From: Trichoplax adhaerens
Lineage: Eukaryota; Animalia; Placozoa
Reading direction: 5' to 3'
Assembly (NCBI RefSeq): GCF_000150275.1
Contig: NW_002060947.1
Coordinates: forward strand, 1,667,576 to 1,731,575
DNA: 64,000 nt
Below the pieces are notes generated by a model. It was not told the DNA's origin. It worked only from the letters and a program-made list of their open reading frames with translations, and searched no databases. Of this stretch, positions 26,492-40,200 are shown piece by piece; the stretch's first letter is position 1, and every line of letters starts with the position of its first letter. The position numbers were made by a program, and so were the translations under genes.

Positions 26492-27513
26492 TCAAGTCTA
26501 TTAAAATCGCGACACCACTATTAAAACGCATAAAAATTGCACGCGTTGTGGATATTACTGTTGATCCAATCGCTCATGCCTTGCATCAACGAAAGAATAT
26601 TTTGATATCCTAATATTAATTGATTGCTGTCCACCTTAGCAACTCTCTTTATCATCTGTCTAGATTCAAGTCTATTAAAACGCATAAAAATTGCACGCGT
26701 TGTGGATATTACTGTTGATCCAATCGCTCATGCCTTGCATCAACGAAAGAATATTTTGATATCCTAATATTAATTGATTGCTGTCCATCTTAGCAACTCT
26801 CTTCATCATCTTCTTGAATCATCTGTCTAGATTCAAGTCTATTAAAACGCATAAAAATTACACGCGTTGTGGATATTACTGTTGATCCAATCGCTCATGC
26901 CTTGCATCAACGAAAGAATATTTTGATATCCTAATATTAATTGATTACTGTCCACCTTAGCAACTCTCTTCATTATCTTCTTGAATCATCTGTCTAGATT
27001 CAAGTCTATTAAAACGCATAAAAATTACACGCGTTGTGGATATTACTGTTGATCCAATCGCTCATGCCTTGCATCAACGAAAGAATATTTTGATATCCTA
27101 ATATTAATTGATTACTGTCCATCTTAGCAACTCTCTTCTTCATCTTCTTGAATCATCTGTCTAGATTCAAGTCTATTAAAACGCATAAAAATTACACGCG
27201 TTGTGGATATTACTGTTGATCCAATCGCTCATGCCTTGCATCAACGAAAGAATATTTTGATATCCTAATATTAATTGATTGCTGTCCACCTTAGCAACTC
27301 TCTTCATCTTCTTGAATCATCTGTCTAGATTCAAGTCTATTAAAATCGCGACACCACTATTAAAACGAATAAAAATTGCACGCGTTGTGGATATTACTGT
27401 TGATCCAATCGCTCATGCCTTGCATCAACGAAAGAATATTTTGATATCCTAATATTAATTGATTACTGTCCACCTTTGCAACTCTCTTCATCATCTTGAA
27501 TCATCTGTCTAGA
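26492..27513. repeat. 167-bp tandem satellite, 6 near-identical copies
   Basis: Units start with tcaagtctattaaaa at 26492, 26666, 26833, 27000, 27167 and 27331. Confidence 0.97.
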
Positions 27514-28487
27514 CTCTAGACTCACTTTGGGAATGTATTTTACAGTCTTTCCACGTGTGCTGTACTATGTACTACGGTTGCATAGTGGATCCTGTAGAGT
27601 GTCTAATACAGTCCACGGATAGCAGTCTAATTACAGTATAGTATTACAAAGAGCAGAAGAATGGAAACTTGGATGCCCTATCTCTATGCTCTACTGTACT
27701 CTTCGGCCAAGTGATCACTAGTGGATAGTATGCTATTGCATGTACTGTACGAGACATGACAGTCTTATAGTACAATACATTGTAGAAGTGAGTACTATAC
27801 ACTGTAAGGCAACTTTTCTTGGTATCGTAAATGACTGCATACTGGATAGCTTTGACTAAAATTGATGTCACCGGAAGTCAATCATTCGTTACTCAGACTG
27901 CGTGGTAGTGACATTATTTTTGATGAGGATGGGTACTAGCCCAGTCTACTGTACTGTACTGTATGTTACAGACCATGCAAAGAGAAACGGGTAATGTACT
28001 GTATTGCAGAAAATGCAAATGGCCTCTTATGCCAAAATTAACGCGGATGCCTAGACTAAAGCTAAACCCTAAACCTTCTCCGACTTGCATTCGAACTCGT
28101 CCCTAATTGTAAAGCAACACAAGTCACCCTCAGACTTTGTATTACATGAAAAATACGCTGCATCGGTTATCTGAAGAAAAATAGAGGAATATTAAAGGAA
28201 AGGAAGACGATATGGCTACTATAGCATACTGGACACGGTATAGTACTGCATAATATACAGGTACAGTATCAGCTTTCCCTCGTCGCTTGCAAAAAGAGTG
28301 TCACTTGTTCTGGACTCAGGGACTACCTAGAGTGCTAAGTCATCCTTACAGGTGACATCAGTTTCAATCAACGCCATACACGTCAACCCTAGTCCGCGTA
28401 CAGTACGTCAATTACAGTGTACAGTGTGTTTACAGAACTGTATACTGTATGGATTGTACTGTATGAATCGTGCAGATCGGTAGTAAC

Positions 28488-31400
28488 ATGGCGGATGCGG
28501 GTTTCTTTCGTGTAAGTATACTACTTCTTGCTTCTATTTCCATTGAATAAGGAGGATAAATCATAATGTATCTTCAAAATCGATCCATATTGTAGGGCAC
28601 AAGTACAGAGCAGGATGCTCGTTTTTCAGATAAGGACAAAAAACTCCTTAAAATGATGAAATTTGCTAATAATCTAAGTGTTAAGGTAAGATGGAAGAGG
28701 TGCACAAATTTGTCAACTACTTCTAATTAGTCTATGTCCATGACAACACTTGACGAGCTACTTTCAACATACAACAGATAGACAGATGTGTTAGTGTATG
28801 TAGACATTCATGTATTGCATTTTACTACTTAGAACTGTAAGTTACATGTAATGTTAATGTATTAGAATTGGAAACAAATCCAATGCTACTAGTTTTCACT
28901 TGCACACTCACTGCATTTTTTTATTCATGGATATTGAATTTGGTGTAGATTGATATGGAACGCGTTAACTTAGACACGGTGAAACCATGGATTAGCAATA
29001 AAGTCTTGGAAATTTTAGGCATTGAAGATGACGTATTTATCGACTATGTTATCAACATGTTGGAATCCGAGCGTGTAAATATGTCTAATATTCAATATAT
29101 AATATAATCGAATACGAGTACGAGCTGAAATCATGTTCATGGAATAGTTTGGCTCAGATAGTACAACACCATGATGGGCAATATTATTAAAAATTAGAAA
29201 ACAACTAAACATCATGAAATGATCATAAACTTCTCATACTATGCTATCTATTTTAAAAATAGATACCATATCTTAATACTACAATATCCTATCGACTTCT
29301 ACGTTTATCAGTTTCAAAAGTGTTCATTGTTTTACTCAAATTGCTGCATACGTACGCGTATGTTTAAGGGTTAAAACTACTAATCTGTGGTAATTTAGTA
29401 TTTATTACTTGTCAACATTTATAGCATCCTGACCCTAAGCGCATGCAGATAAATGTTACTCCTTTCTTACAAGCTAAACCTGCTACCAAGTTTATGCAAG
29501 AACTATGGAATATGTTAGCATCTGCTCAGGAGAATGTAAGTGGTATTCCTAGTACCATGTTAGAGAAAAAGAAAGAAGAAATACGTCTTCGTAAGGTAAA
29601 ATTGCTATAACACGGTGATTTTCCTTCTTCACTAAATGTAGTACGATACAGCAATAATTATAGTTGTTTGTTGCCATCGCTATATTATCTCCATACTAGC
29701 GGCCTAAGTGTACAGTTTTTGACAACTAACTTGATAAATTAATCGCGAATGAAATAGTCCTTTCAATTATTGCTTGTCGCTAATGTAAATGAAATGTAAT
29801 TGCAAATAGGAAGAACAAGACAGAATTGCCGCCAACCTGCAGCGGCATGTTGCAGCATCCGATGATCCTGTACCGGATAAAATTGCTTCTAAACGATCCC
29901 CAACCAATAGTGAGGTATGAGAAATGAACCTGCAGAAATTTGGACGGTATTCAAGTTAAATTGGTCTATTAATTGATTGCAATATTGCTATTATTTTACA
30001 TATGCACTTGTAAAAATATTCCCTGCCAATTAGCCATCCAAATCAAGCGCAGGTGAGTTATTTATCCGATGCTATTCTAAGCTATTGCTGATCGCATATA
30101 GTGTGAATATAATAACATGTAATCTAGAATACTTCATCATAATTATGAGTGTATAACATTTTCCTTTATTTACGCTCCCATTTCTCACAATATCAGGAAG
30201 CCACAGTAGTTCCTCTGAAAGGTACTTATGTTAAAAATTTTGTATCATTGAGATCAATGCTATTATAGATACATTCTAGCATCTTTATTATAATAATAAT
30301 ATTGACTTCTAATTCCGGCTGCAAAGTGATGATTCTCATTCTGACCACCGTAAAAGTCATCGAGACGATCGTCGTCAAAGATCTCGTAGTCCACGTCGTC
30401 AGCGATCGCGTAGTAGATCCCGTAGCCCACGTCGTCGTCGTCGTCAGACCAGATCTCGCAGTCCTCGGATTCAAAAACGTGCATCACGAAGCGTATCGAG
30501 TAGTCCCCGTCGTCGACGATCACGAAGTAGATCCACAAGTCCTCGTCGACGCCGATCACCTAGCAATCCTATCAGACGTCGACGCCGATCACCTAGCAAT
30601 CCTATCAGACGTCGACGCCAAACCAGCGGATCCGTTAGTCCACGCCGTCGTAGAAGTAGAACACGTAGTCCACGTAAACGCCGTTCACGGACCAGTTCCA
30701 TTACTCGACGAAGACGTCGATCCCGAAGTGAATCGCACGGGAGATCTCGCCGACGTAAATCACGTAGCCCACCTCGTCGACGTAGATCATATAGCCGATC
30801 ATACAGTCCACCAAGGCGTCCTATACGTAGTAGCCCATGGCGACGTCGAAGATCACCAAGTCCTCGCCGACGCCGTTCGAGTAGATCATATAGTCCGCGT
30901 AGACGTAATCAACAACGTAATCCGCGCTGGCGAAGATCACGCAGTAGGTCAAATAGCCCTCGCCGAAGACGGCGTAGTCGATCTCATAGTCCTCGTAAAG
31001 GGAGATTTTCTACTAATAAATCACGTAGTCCAAGCTCACAAAGCGAATCTGCCGAAGAAATCTCTAGAAGTAAAAAATCTCGCTATGAATCCAGCAGAAG
31101 CCGTCGAGTTCGATCAAATAGTCCAAGTAGAAGACGTTCAAGAAGTGTATCAGATAGTGGTCGTTCCAACAAAAGTAGAGATAGATCCTATAATTCGCCT
31201 GATAGAAGACAACGTAGTGGCTCTGAAAGTTCCTATGCAAAGAGGGCAAAAAACAAGTCTCCTGATAATCGTAGGATAAGAAAATCCAGTGATTCCGTAG
31301 ACCCTACGCAAGAGAAATCGAAAAGTAGATCTGTTACACCTGCAAACGATACTGTAAGAGCTAGTAGAGAATCCAGTGAGAAATCAGATGACGCTGAAGC

Positions 31401-32063
31401 TGAAGTTTCCAATAATACGAGCTTAGAGCTGAAGAAGAACGGTAGCGCAACTCACAAAGATAGCGTACCTGAAGGTAGTAGTCAGGCTGAACAGAGGATG
31501 GAAGTAGGCGATGAAAATGACGACGTGCGTAAATAAAACTTTTATCAATAACTAATACAAGTAAAATATGTCATGATTCATGACACTTTTGCATCTATAT
31601 GTAAGTAATAAAAGATATAAACTATGACCGCTATATAGGATGGTAGTCCAGCTCGAAAAGAAGTGGATCGTAGTCAAAGTCATAAAAAGAAGAAAAGTAA
31701 AAAGCACAAGAAGCACTCTTCGAAACATAAACATAAACATAAATCAAAAAAGCATAAAAAGGAGGAGTTATCTGTAAGTGGCAGCGATTCTCAATAATAA
31801 CTTTAACGAGAATACGATGCGAATATCTGCATATCCGTATGTGACCCTTTCTTGTATAACCTAAAGTATTTCTTAATGATGCTGTCCGAATTACAAAGTA
31901 GTTACAACATTTGTGGTAAAGTAATTGCTATTTTAAATACTTTCATTGGTAACTTAAGGTATCACAAGGCACTGACCTTGAAGAGTTGGAAAAAGATCTA
32001 CGCGAGAAGGCGTTAAGGTCAATGAAACGTTCTGGTAGAAACTTAGATAGTAATGATTCCTAG
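28488..32063 (+). CDS. SRRM1: Serine/arginine repetitive matrix protein 1 (SRm160), PWI domain plus RS domain
   Basis: MADAGFFR-GTSTEQDARFSDKDKKLLKMMKF...VNLDTVKPWISNKVLEILGIEDDVFIDYVINML (PWI domain). A long RS/RSP exon spans ~30327-31524, followed by a K/H-rich exon and the C-terminus DLEELEKDLREKALRSMKR. Confidence 0.96.
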
Positions 32064-35000
32064 ATTATGTGCATCGAAGTTTACTAAAAATTATGTAATT
32101 CATTTTTGATAACACCATCTTGTTTACTAATTACTTGTTAGTCAAGAATCTGTATAATACAGAATGGCCACATGGTTATTAACGTTGCAATGAAAACATT
32201 ATGCTGTAAACTGTCTTACTGTACATTAAATGACATTTGTTGTTCATACATGGCAATCTTTCTTGGTTGCATAAGTTGTAACCTGACCATAGTTTCGTAG
32301 CTACATGATGACGTACAGGACGATTCGTTTAAGGTAGAAGTCAATATGCATGATGCTTTATCAATGACTTTATCAATGATAATACGACTACCCAACTGCC
32401 TATCGGTTATTTAAGCAGTTGTTATTCGTATATTATTACTATATCATCAGCTTGCTTGCAATTTTAATTAAATTGTCTCCTGCATTGATATTATTAATGA
32501 ATTATAAATACGTTGACACAGTGCTACTTTCAGCTTACTATGCTGTCTGCAAATCGTAAATTCTTAGTTAGGAACATGATTAGATCATACGACATCACAC
32601 TTAGTATGCTGTCTTTCCCCAATAATTGCAGACACTTTGATAGAGTAAGTGAAACTAAGCTTACAATTTATTACTACCTGTTATGTTTTTATGACCGAAT
32701 AGCAGGAGCCAATAAATATTTGAAAACCAGTAATGAGCCTAACTTATATTTAGATGTCAATAACAAATAATATAATACTAGTTTACTTTACATTTCTATT
32801 TGCTTGATATTATAATATCCATTTACTACTCTCTTGAAAGCCCTATAATGTTGGAGAAGAAGCGAGAAAAAGCTACCCAACTAGCTAGACACCACTTTCA
32901 GAAATGGATTCTACTTTCTAACATGATGCCGTTTTTTTCTGATATTTATTTCACAACAATAGCCGCTTTATTGCCAAGAGATCCCAGTGTCGTCAGTATA
33001 CGATACAAGTCGCTAATTATCTAGTTTGGAAAACGTTCCTGTATTTAAACTCATCCAATAGATCTTTTTCATCAATTTAAAATAATACAAATAGCAGTTC
33101 CCAAATGTATCCAAAATATAACTTTTAATGCTGCCATCGTACACTTTTTATGCTTTCTATCTAAATAATTCAAAATTTGTTTCACTTTACTTTTATGCGC
33201 TTTAATACTCATGCAAGTAAAATTAATCTTAAAACCGATGGTAACAGTAATGCTTTCCTACACCAAAATCGGAAGAAAGTGCAATTTTGGTTACTTTTAA
33301 ACTGAATAGATTGCAGCAATTTACGTTAATTTCATACACGCTATAACGTTGTAGTTACAACAACAGAGTTGTATAACGTTTGCATATTTCTTTGGCTTTA
33401 TTATATAATATACTAAATTAGCCTCTCTTAGTTCGATACTACTAATATCGCTATACACGTATATGTACTACATTTATTCATTTTACTCGTAAAGTAGTAG
33501 GTATGCTACGGTCAATCCCGGGAATGACCGAATAACATTTATACCTAAAACAGATTACTTTACAGTTAAAAGGACTTTAATAGGCATGATTGATCGATAC
33601 TATCTTTGATCATCTAATACAATTCATTATTATGATAAACTTATGAAACAGGAAAGACTTGCAATATATCACTGCTGATCCATCAAATCATCCTAATAAA
33701 ATTGAATCACTTAATAATATTGCAACTGAAGCTTAGTATGAAATCACTACATTTATGCAATATAAATCCGTAGAAAGTTATTGAAAATTAATTAATAAAT
33801 CAGTTAGCCATTTCATACTTTTTTATTGCAAGTAGTTAAGAATAATTTATGAAGCGATGTTAGTATTCAGTTTACATCTAGAAAGGAACAATGACAGTAG
33901 TCCTTATATATGAACTTATTCATGGCTTAATCGTTGTACAATCGTCATTTTCGAGATTGTAATCGTAGCTTGAGCTAAAAACTTTCTCCCTTGCCGTCAT
34001 AACTATGTAGAATAATACTACATTGGTATAATTTTTACTTCATCATCTACTGAATACGATCACCTTCTCGTAATAATAGTATAGAATTTCAAAAGGAACT
34101 ATGAAATTAACATATACTACGTATATCCTGTGCGTGATATTTCAAGGCGCAATTGGGAAAATCCGTCGAGGATCAAAAGGCAAGTTTTTACTTGTTAGAT
34201 GCAAATTATATCTTACAAGTTCTTGATGAATCACCATCACGGCATTTCCAATTAAAATCTATAAATTTCCTTAGGAATACATCGCTTATTTCAAGGATAA
34301 ATTCGTTGATCATATTTGGCGACAATTCAAATCAATACACGCACATTCCAATCCGATGTCGTAACAAAATAGCGCAATCACAAAATTATTCTCTGAATTC
34401 TCGGAATTAACCAGTTAGACTGTATTAAACATTGCCCATTGAAATCCTAGCTGTCTCTATCATACAGCTTATCCTTATTTCGTATAACTCAGGGTTTCAC
34501 TTAATTCTCTGTGAAAGAAAGTCAGAGTAGGAATCTTTCCTAATGGATAATTATAATCAGCATAAAGTAACTTCAAAATAGATTTCTTTCCTTACTGCAA
34601 GTTATGTAATAGTATTTACAACTTCCTTCTTATCTAATCCGAAATCGACGTCGATGACAGCTTGTTCAGTCCGACTCCTATCCAAAATTCGACATAGGGA
34701 TAATACAAAGAAGCTGTTTTGCTATTCTATTGAGAAATTTTAAATATGATTTTGTTTGCTTTAGAAAATGTAAACTCTTTTATAAGTATGGAGAAGCATC
34801 ATACCATTCACAGCGATCAGGTGTAAGGGAAGTGAAAATAGAACTGTCCAATGAACAGCAAATGTAATCATAAAGTTATCAACATTTTTGAATTCGTATC
34901 AGTATTTGCGTCAGGATTTTTCAGTCTAAAGACAAATCAAAGGTTTCATAAAGCTTCTGATTACTTATTTATTATAAAGCCAGATACGCACTGAAATTGA

Positions 35001-35859
35001 CTCTTTCACTCAAATTGAAGGTCAAAGCAGCCATATCACAAGCAATCTTTACAGATTAATAATTTTAATAAAATAACTACAGAACATAAAAGACTATTTC
35101 TTGCTACAACCTATGAATAAATGGATACTGTCTCCAGTATAGCAATAACGCAAGAAATAACTTGCTATTCTGGCACGAAAGTTGTAATAAAATCTACTTT
35201 ATAGCTCATAAAACAATATGATCTCTCATATCTAAAAGGGCTTGATATTATCTTAAGCGATTTAGTAACGACAATGAAATAAGTCTACTTTAAGGCTTCA
35301 AATGCTACAGAGTTGCATACGACTGTTTTCTTAAAAATTATAACTAAGGAAATTCCAATCTCCTAGAATGTATAAATCGACATGTTGGTATAGTGCTAAC
35401 CTAGGCTTTCTTCACATAGTTGCCAGTTTATCATCAGAAATGATCTGTTGGTTTAGAAAACAGAAATACTAACGACAGTAATTCCAAATTGAACTACCTC
35501 GATAGGGTAAATAACATCCAATATCCAAATATGGCTAAAACATGAAAGGAAATAATTACTATAAAACTTACAGCATCACTTCTTTTCTACAACTCGCTGC
35601 AACGTTTTAGTCATCAAAATTTATAATTATAATCTATCTATCATGTTTCCTCAACAATTCGATGGATTGCATTACTTTACTAATCAACAGCATCTCTTTT
35701 CCAACAATCTATCACCCCAGCAGTCTAATTCGTTTACCGTTTCATTTTAGAACTCGATGCAAAATGTTTTAATTCTATGACGATCTGCATTACCCTTTTT
35801 GGACAAATTATAATTATTATTTCCTCGTGATAGCGAGGATAACTAAATTGCGATGAAAA

Positions 35860-37250
35860 ATAGACTGAGTTGATGCGCTCAACTGTCCATATTTCCTCCT
35901 CTTTATAAAACTACTATATCGTTAAACTACTTGAGTAAATGAATTTATTTATATGCGCATAGCTGTCTCTATTTTCTCTTCTATGTAAAATTGCTTTCGT
36001 AAATGAACTGATATTTAAGCACCGAGCTGTCACTGTTTCCTCTACTCTATAAAACCCCTCGGTCGTTAAATTGGTTCGATGCTCAAACCAATTTTTATGT
36101 ACCCAGATATCTTTGTTTCCTCATTTCTATAAAATTGCTTGAAAAATAAACCAATTTGTATGCATCTAGCTATCTCTTATTCTTCTCCGTAATATTACTC
36201 TATCGTTAAATTGTTACGGTAAGTGAACTGATTTTTAAGTAACTAACAGTCTCTACTTCCTCTTCTCTATAAAATTACTCTATGGTTAAATTGTTATGAT
36301 ACTATACATGAACCGATAGTCATATACCAAACCGCCTCTATTTTGTCTTCCCCATCAAATTACTCTATCGCTAAATTGCTAGGTTAGGTGAACTAAATTT
36401 ATGCTTGCAAACATCTCTATTTTATCTTCCCTACAAGATTACTCTTTCGTGAAATTGCTTAGATAAATAAACTAAATTTTATGCCTCCAGATGTCTCTAT
36501 TTCGTTTTCCCCATTAAATTATTTTATCCTTAAATTGCTTGAGTAAATTAAACGGAAGTTTATTCCAAAAATCGATATCGTTTTCCCTATAACATTACAG
36601 TTTCAGTATTAAACTGCCTGGGTAGATGAACTGAATTTTTTATGCCTCAAAATATCTCTATTTTGTCTTCTGTATAAAATTACTCTTTCGTTATATTGCT
36701 TAAGTAGATGCACTGAATTTAATGCATCCAGATGTCTCTATTTTATTTCTCTATAAAATTACTCTATCGTTAAATATCTTGGGTAAGTGAACCGAATCTT
36801 GTCTCTCCAGATGTCCCTATTTCATTTTCTCCATTAAATTACTCTATCGTTCAATCGCTTGAGTAATGAATTAAATTTTATGCCTCCAGATGTCTGTATT
36901 TCGTCATCTTCATAAAATAACTCTGTTGTTAAATTGCTACGGTGCATGAACTGAATTTTATGCCTCCAGACATCTCTAATTTGTCTTCTTCATAACATGA
37001 CACGATCATTAAATTGCTACGGTACATGAACTGATTATTGTGTTCTAAACTATTTCGAATTCGTTTTCTCTATCAGATTATTCTATCATTAAATTGCTTA
37101 AGTGAATGAAGTGAATTTTATGCATCCAAATGTCTTTATTTCGTCTTCTCCATCAAATAAACCTTACCGTTAAATTGCTCTGGCAAATGAACAGGTTTTT
37201 ATACATTAAAAAGTCTTGATCTCCTCTTACTATCAATTACTCTATCTTTA
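35860..37250. repeat. Old, degenerate ~80-bp tandem array, ~17 copies
   Basis: Recurring cagatgtctctatttt..cttctctataaaattactctatcgttaaattgcttgagtaaatgaactgaattttatg. The aaattgc landmark falls at ~36208, 36288, 36373, 36452, 36532, 36611, 36693, 36772, 36852, 36931, 37011, 37091 and 37172. Confidence 0.9.
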
Positions 37251-40200
37251 AGTCTTAGAGAGTTTAAATACTTTTCGTTTCGTGAAACAGCTTAAAGCAA
37301 TACTTTAATTTCATGACTGTCTGTATTATTTCTTGTTTATAAACTAACGCTATCAATATAATCATGGATAGTTTAATTCATCTATTGTTATGGTTAAACA
37401 GCTCAATAAATACTTTCATGCTATAATAGCTAATATCATTCGTCCCGTAAAAACTACCATCATCATATCTACGGCCAATTTAATTTCGTCCATCATTTCA
37501 TTACGCAGTTCAGGGTAAAAAATTAATTTATCAAGTACATGGAGTGCTTTTTCTCTTATATTTAAGCTACTCCTATCTTGCAATCATGACGAGTTCAATT
37601 TATCGATCGTCCGTCACCAATTTCAGTACAATCCACTAATTTTATAGTAGTGTATTAGCTCTTCCTTTACCAATCACTCAATCATTACAGCCATAACCAG
37701 CTTAATTTATCTCTCATTTGAGCTAGATATAAACTAATGACAATTCGATGCCATGTATTAATCCTACATGTTAGGCCATCATATCTTAGGCAGAAAGATT
37801 CATCTTCTTCCTATCGTTATCATTGATTGTTCATTGTCCATTACAATCTTCATGCCAACTACTTATTCGAATCAACTCTATCGATTGATTCCTACACTGG
37901 TATGAAATAGAAATGATTTTCGCATCATTTCTAGATCGCAATAAATTTAACAGCAATTAAGTGCTATACTAATTTTTTTTTATTCTATCGGTCTCCTTTA
38001 ATAATTATGTGTTTAATATAGAAAAAAATATCAACTTACTATGGTAAATTTTATCTTTATACAATTATCAACTAACTGTGTTTTCAATCCTTCTATATTA
38101 ATGCAGTATGCGTAAAATTGAAATTCTTTCTTATTGGATATTACTATTTTTAGTGATCATTTTGAATGGAATTGAATTTCCCATATTAGAAGCAGTTATT
38201 CACTGTGCTTGAAATTCTATTTCAATTTACCATTATTATCCATTATATCCATCTCTAAATTGCAATCCCTAATTAGTCAATAATATTCTCAGTTATTCCA
38301 TATATAATACATCGTGCCATATTTAATATTGCGTTGGTTTCAGCTGATTTTTCGAAATGAATTCCAATTTACAAATTATTTTTCGAAGGAATTCTCTCTA
38401 TTTTACCAGTTGGAGATCATGATCAAAACAATAATTGTAGTATATAGTTAAATGATTATTCTATGAGAAACCCCACCCAAAGCTCCATCGCTATTCTATA
38501 ACTAAATTAAGATATAAAATAAGCTACCTAACAGACATGCGGTTATGATTTCAAATTATGTCGTTGAAGAATACAGTATACCTGGCTATCCACTGTAGTT
38601 AGCTACGACTATAAAAACTATTGTTCACTGGAAAGAATGAGGAATTATGGGTCATTTATAAGAATCTATATATTATTATTTGTCCTTTCATACTGATCTC
38701 ATTCATGGGAAAAGCTATTAAAGCAGTAACATCATGAACAACCTCCAGATCTAAAAAACCGTCACAGAAACCGACTCAACTGTTACTAAAGCTCATTTCT
38801 CGAATTATCAATTCTACCCAATTGGACAAGTAAGTTGTAAATTTGAAAGATGTCGGATACTACCTCATGCTTTACGATAATAAGATCGGTTATTTTTTCA
38901 CTCTGAGTCATGATAGAAATTACTTTCATTAATTTCCATGAATAAACTCATCTCATACTAATAAATTATGTATTATAGTCCTTGAAATTGATTCGTCAAG
39001 TTCATTTACCTTGGATACAAAGATAACTCGGAAAAAAAGTATAAGCTAAAGCATTATACGCATAACTACTTCTGTATTATCTCAATCTTTCATTGATTTA
39101 TTTCTCTTGAACAGAATAAGAGGTCTCTATTAACATTGGGCATCGCCAAGAAAAAAAAATACAAGCTATAATTTTTGGTGTGGTTCGCCGACTTTTTTCA
39201 TCACAGGTTAGTTCTTTAACGCTAAGTTAAGATAAAGTAACTAGAGTCATTATTACTCTAGGATGTCCTTTTTCAAACTTAAAGAAATAGTGATTATAAC
39301 AAGGTAATTTATACAATCATGCTTATTGCTCTTAAGAAATAAGCAAATATTCGAGACTAAAAGCGTTCGTATAAAGCATTACTCCTATAGATATTGCCTA
39401 ATACTTGCAATATAAAAGACTGTCAGTAAGGCGATGACCATGAATCTAGCAATTATTTTTTTCTTCTCATTTTTTGTACAACGATGATTATGATTGATGA
39501 TAGTTATTGTTTGCCAAGCACGTTGGTTATTAATAGATTTTAACTTGAATTTTTGCCCATTTCGGTATTTTACAATGTGGGATGGGTTACTATTATTGCA
39601 CTATATAAGAAAATTTAATGCTTAGGGGGTGGTATGGCCAGACGAATATAACCAATAAGTATTTGCAAAATTTTTGTTCCCAACCTTTCAGTTGAAATAT
39701 TAGTTGAACGCTATTATACAATTAAAATATTTCAGGCGGCTATGGAGTCGAAGATATTAGCGTATTGATAATCATCAGTTACGATCATTCCGGCAGCTTC
39801 TAAAGCATCTAAACTGATGAGAGTCTAGTTGATTTGAAGATCGAAGGCTAATTAAGTTAACCCCTGAAATTGGTAGAATGATTAGTATCAATATAATTTC
39901 TGTTACGTCTGAGATATTTCGACCAAATTTTAGCGTTGACATTCACTGTTCGACCATTTGTGGGTTAAAACCAATCTATTCACGATTTATAATTAAAAAA
40001 AGTAATTAAATGCAGGAAGAAGCGGATTAACCGCTTTATTGGCGATCCTACGCTATAATGGACAATCATAACTATCGCCACATCCTTGCATATCAAGAAG
40101 CAGCCAAAAGGTAGCAATTCTACTCAGATTCCTACTAGATTGATTAAATAGAGATGTAGAAGTGCATGATAGGTATATTAGCTGGACGCAGAGAGAATAC

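Noticed and set aside
30226-30701. Antisense ORFs over the SRRM1 RS exon
   Set aside because: Shadows of a low-complexity coding exon.
30302-31279. 325-aa V/D/H-rich ORF as an independent gene
   Set aside because: It is the shifted frame of the SRRM1 RS exon. Arg/Ser/Pro codons rarely create stops in that frame, and it has no ATG start of its own at 30302.
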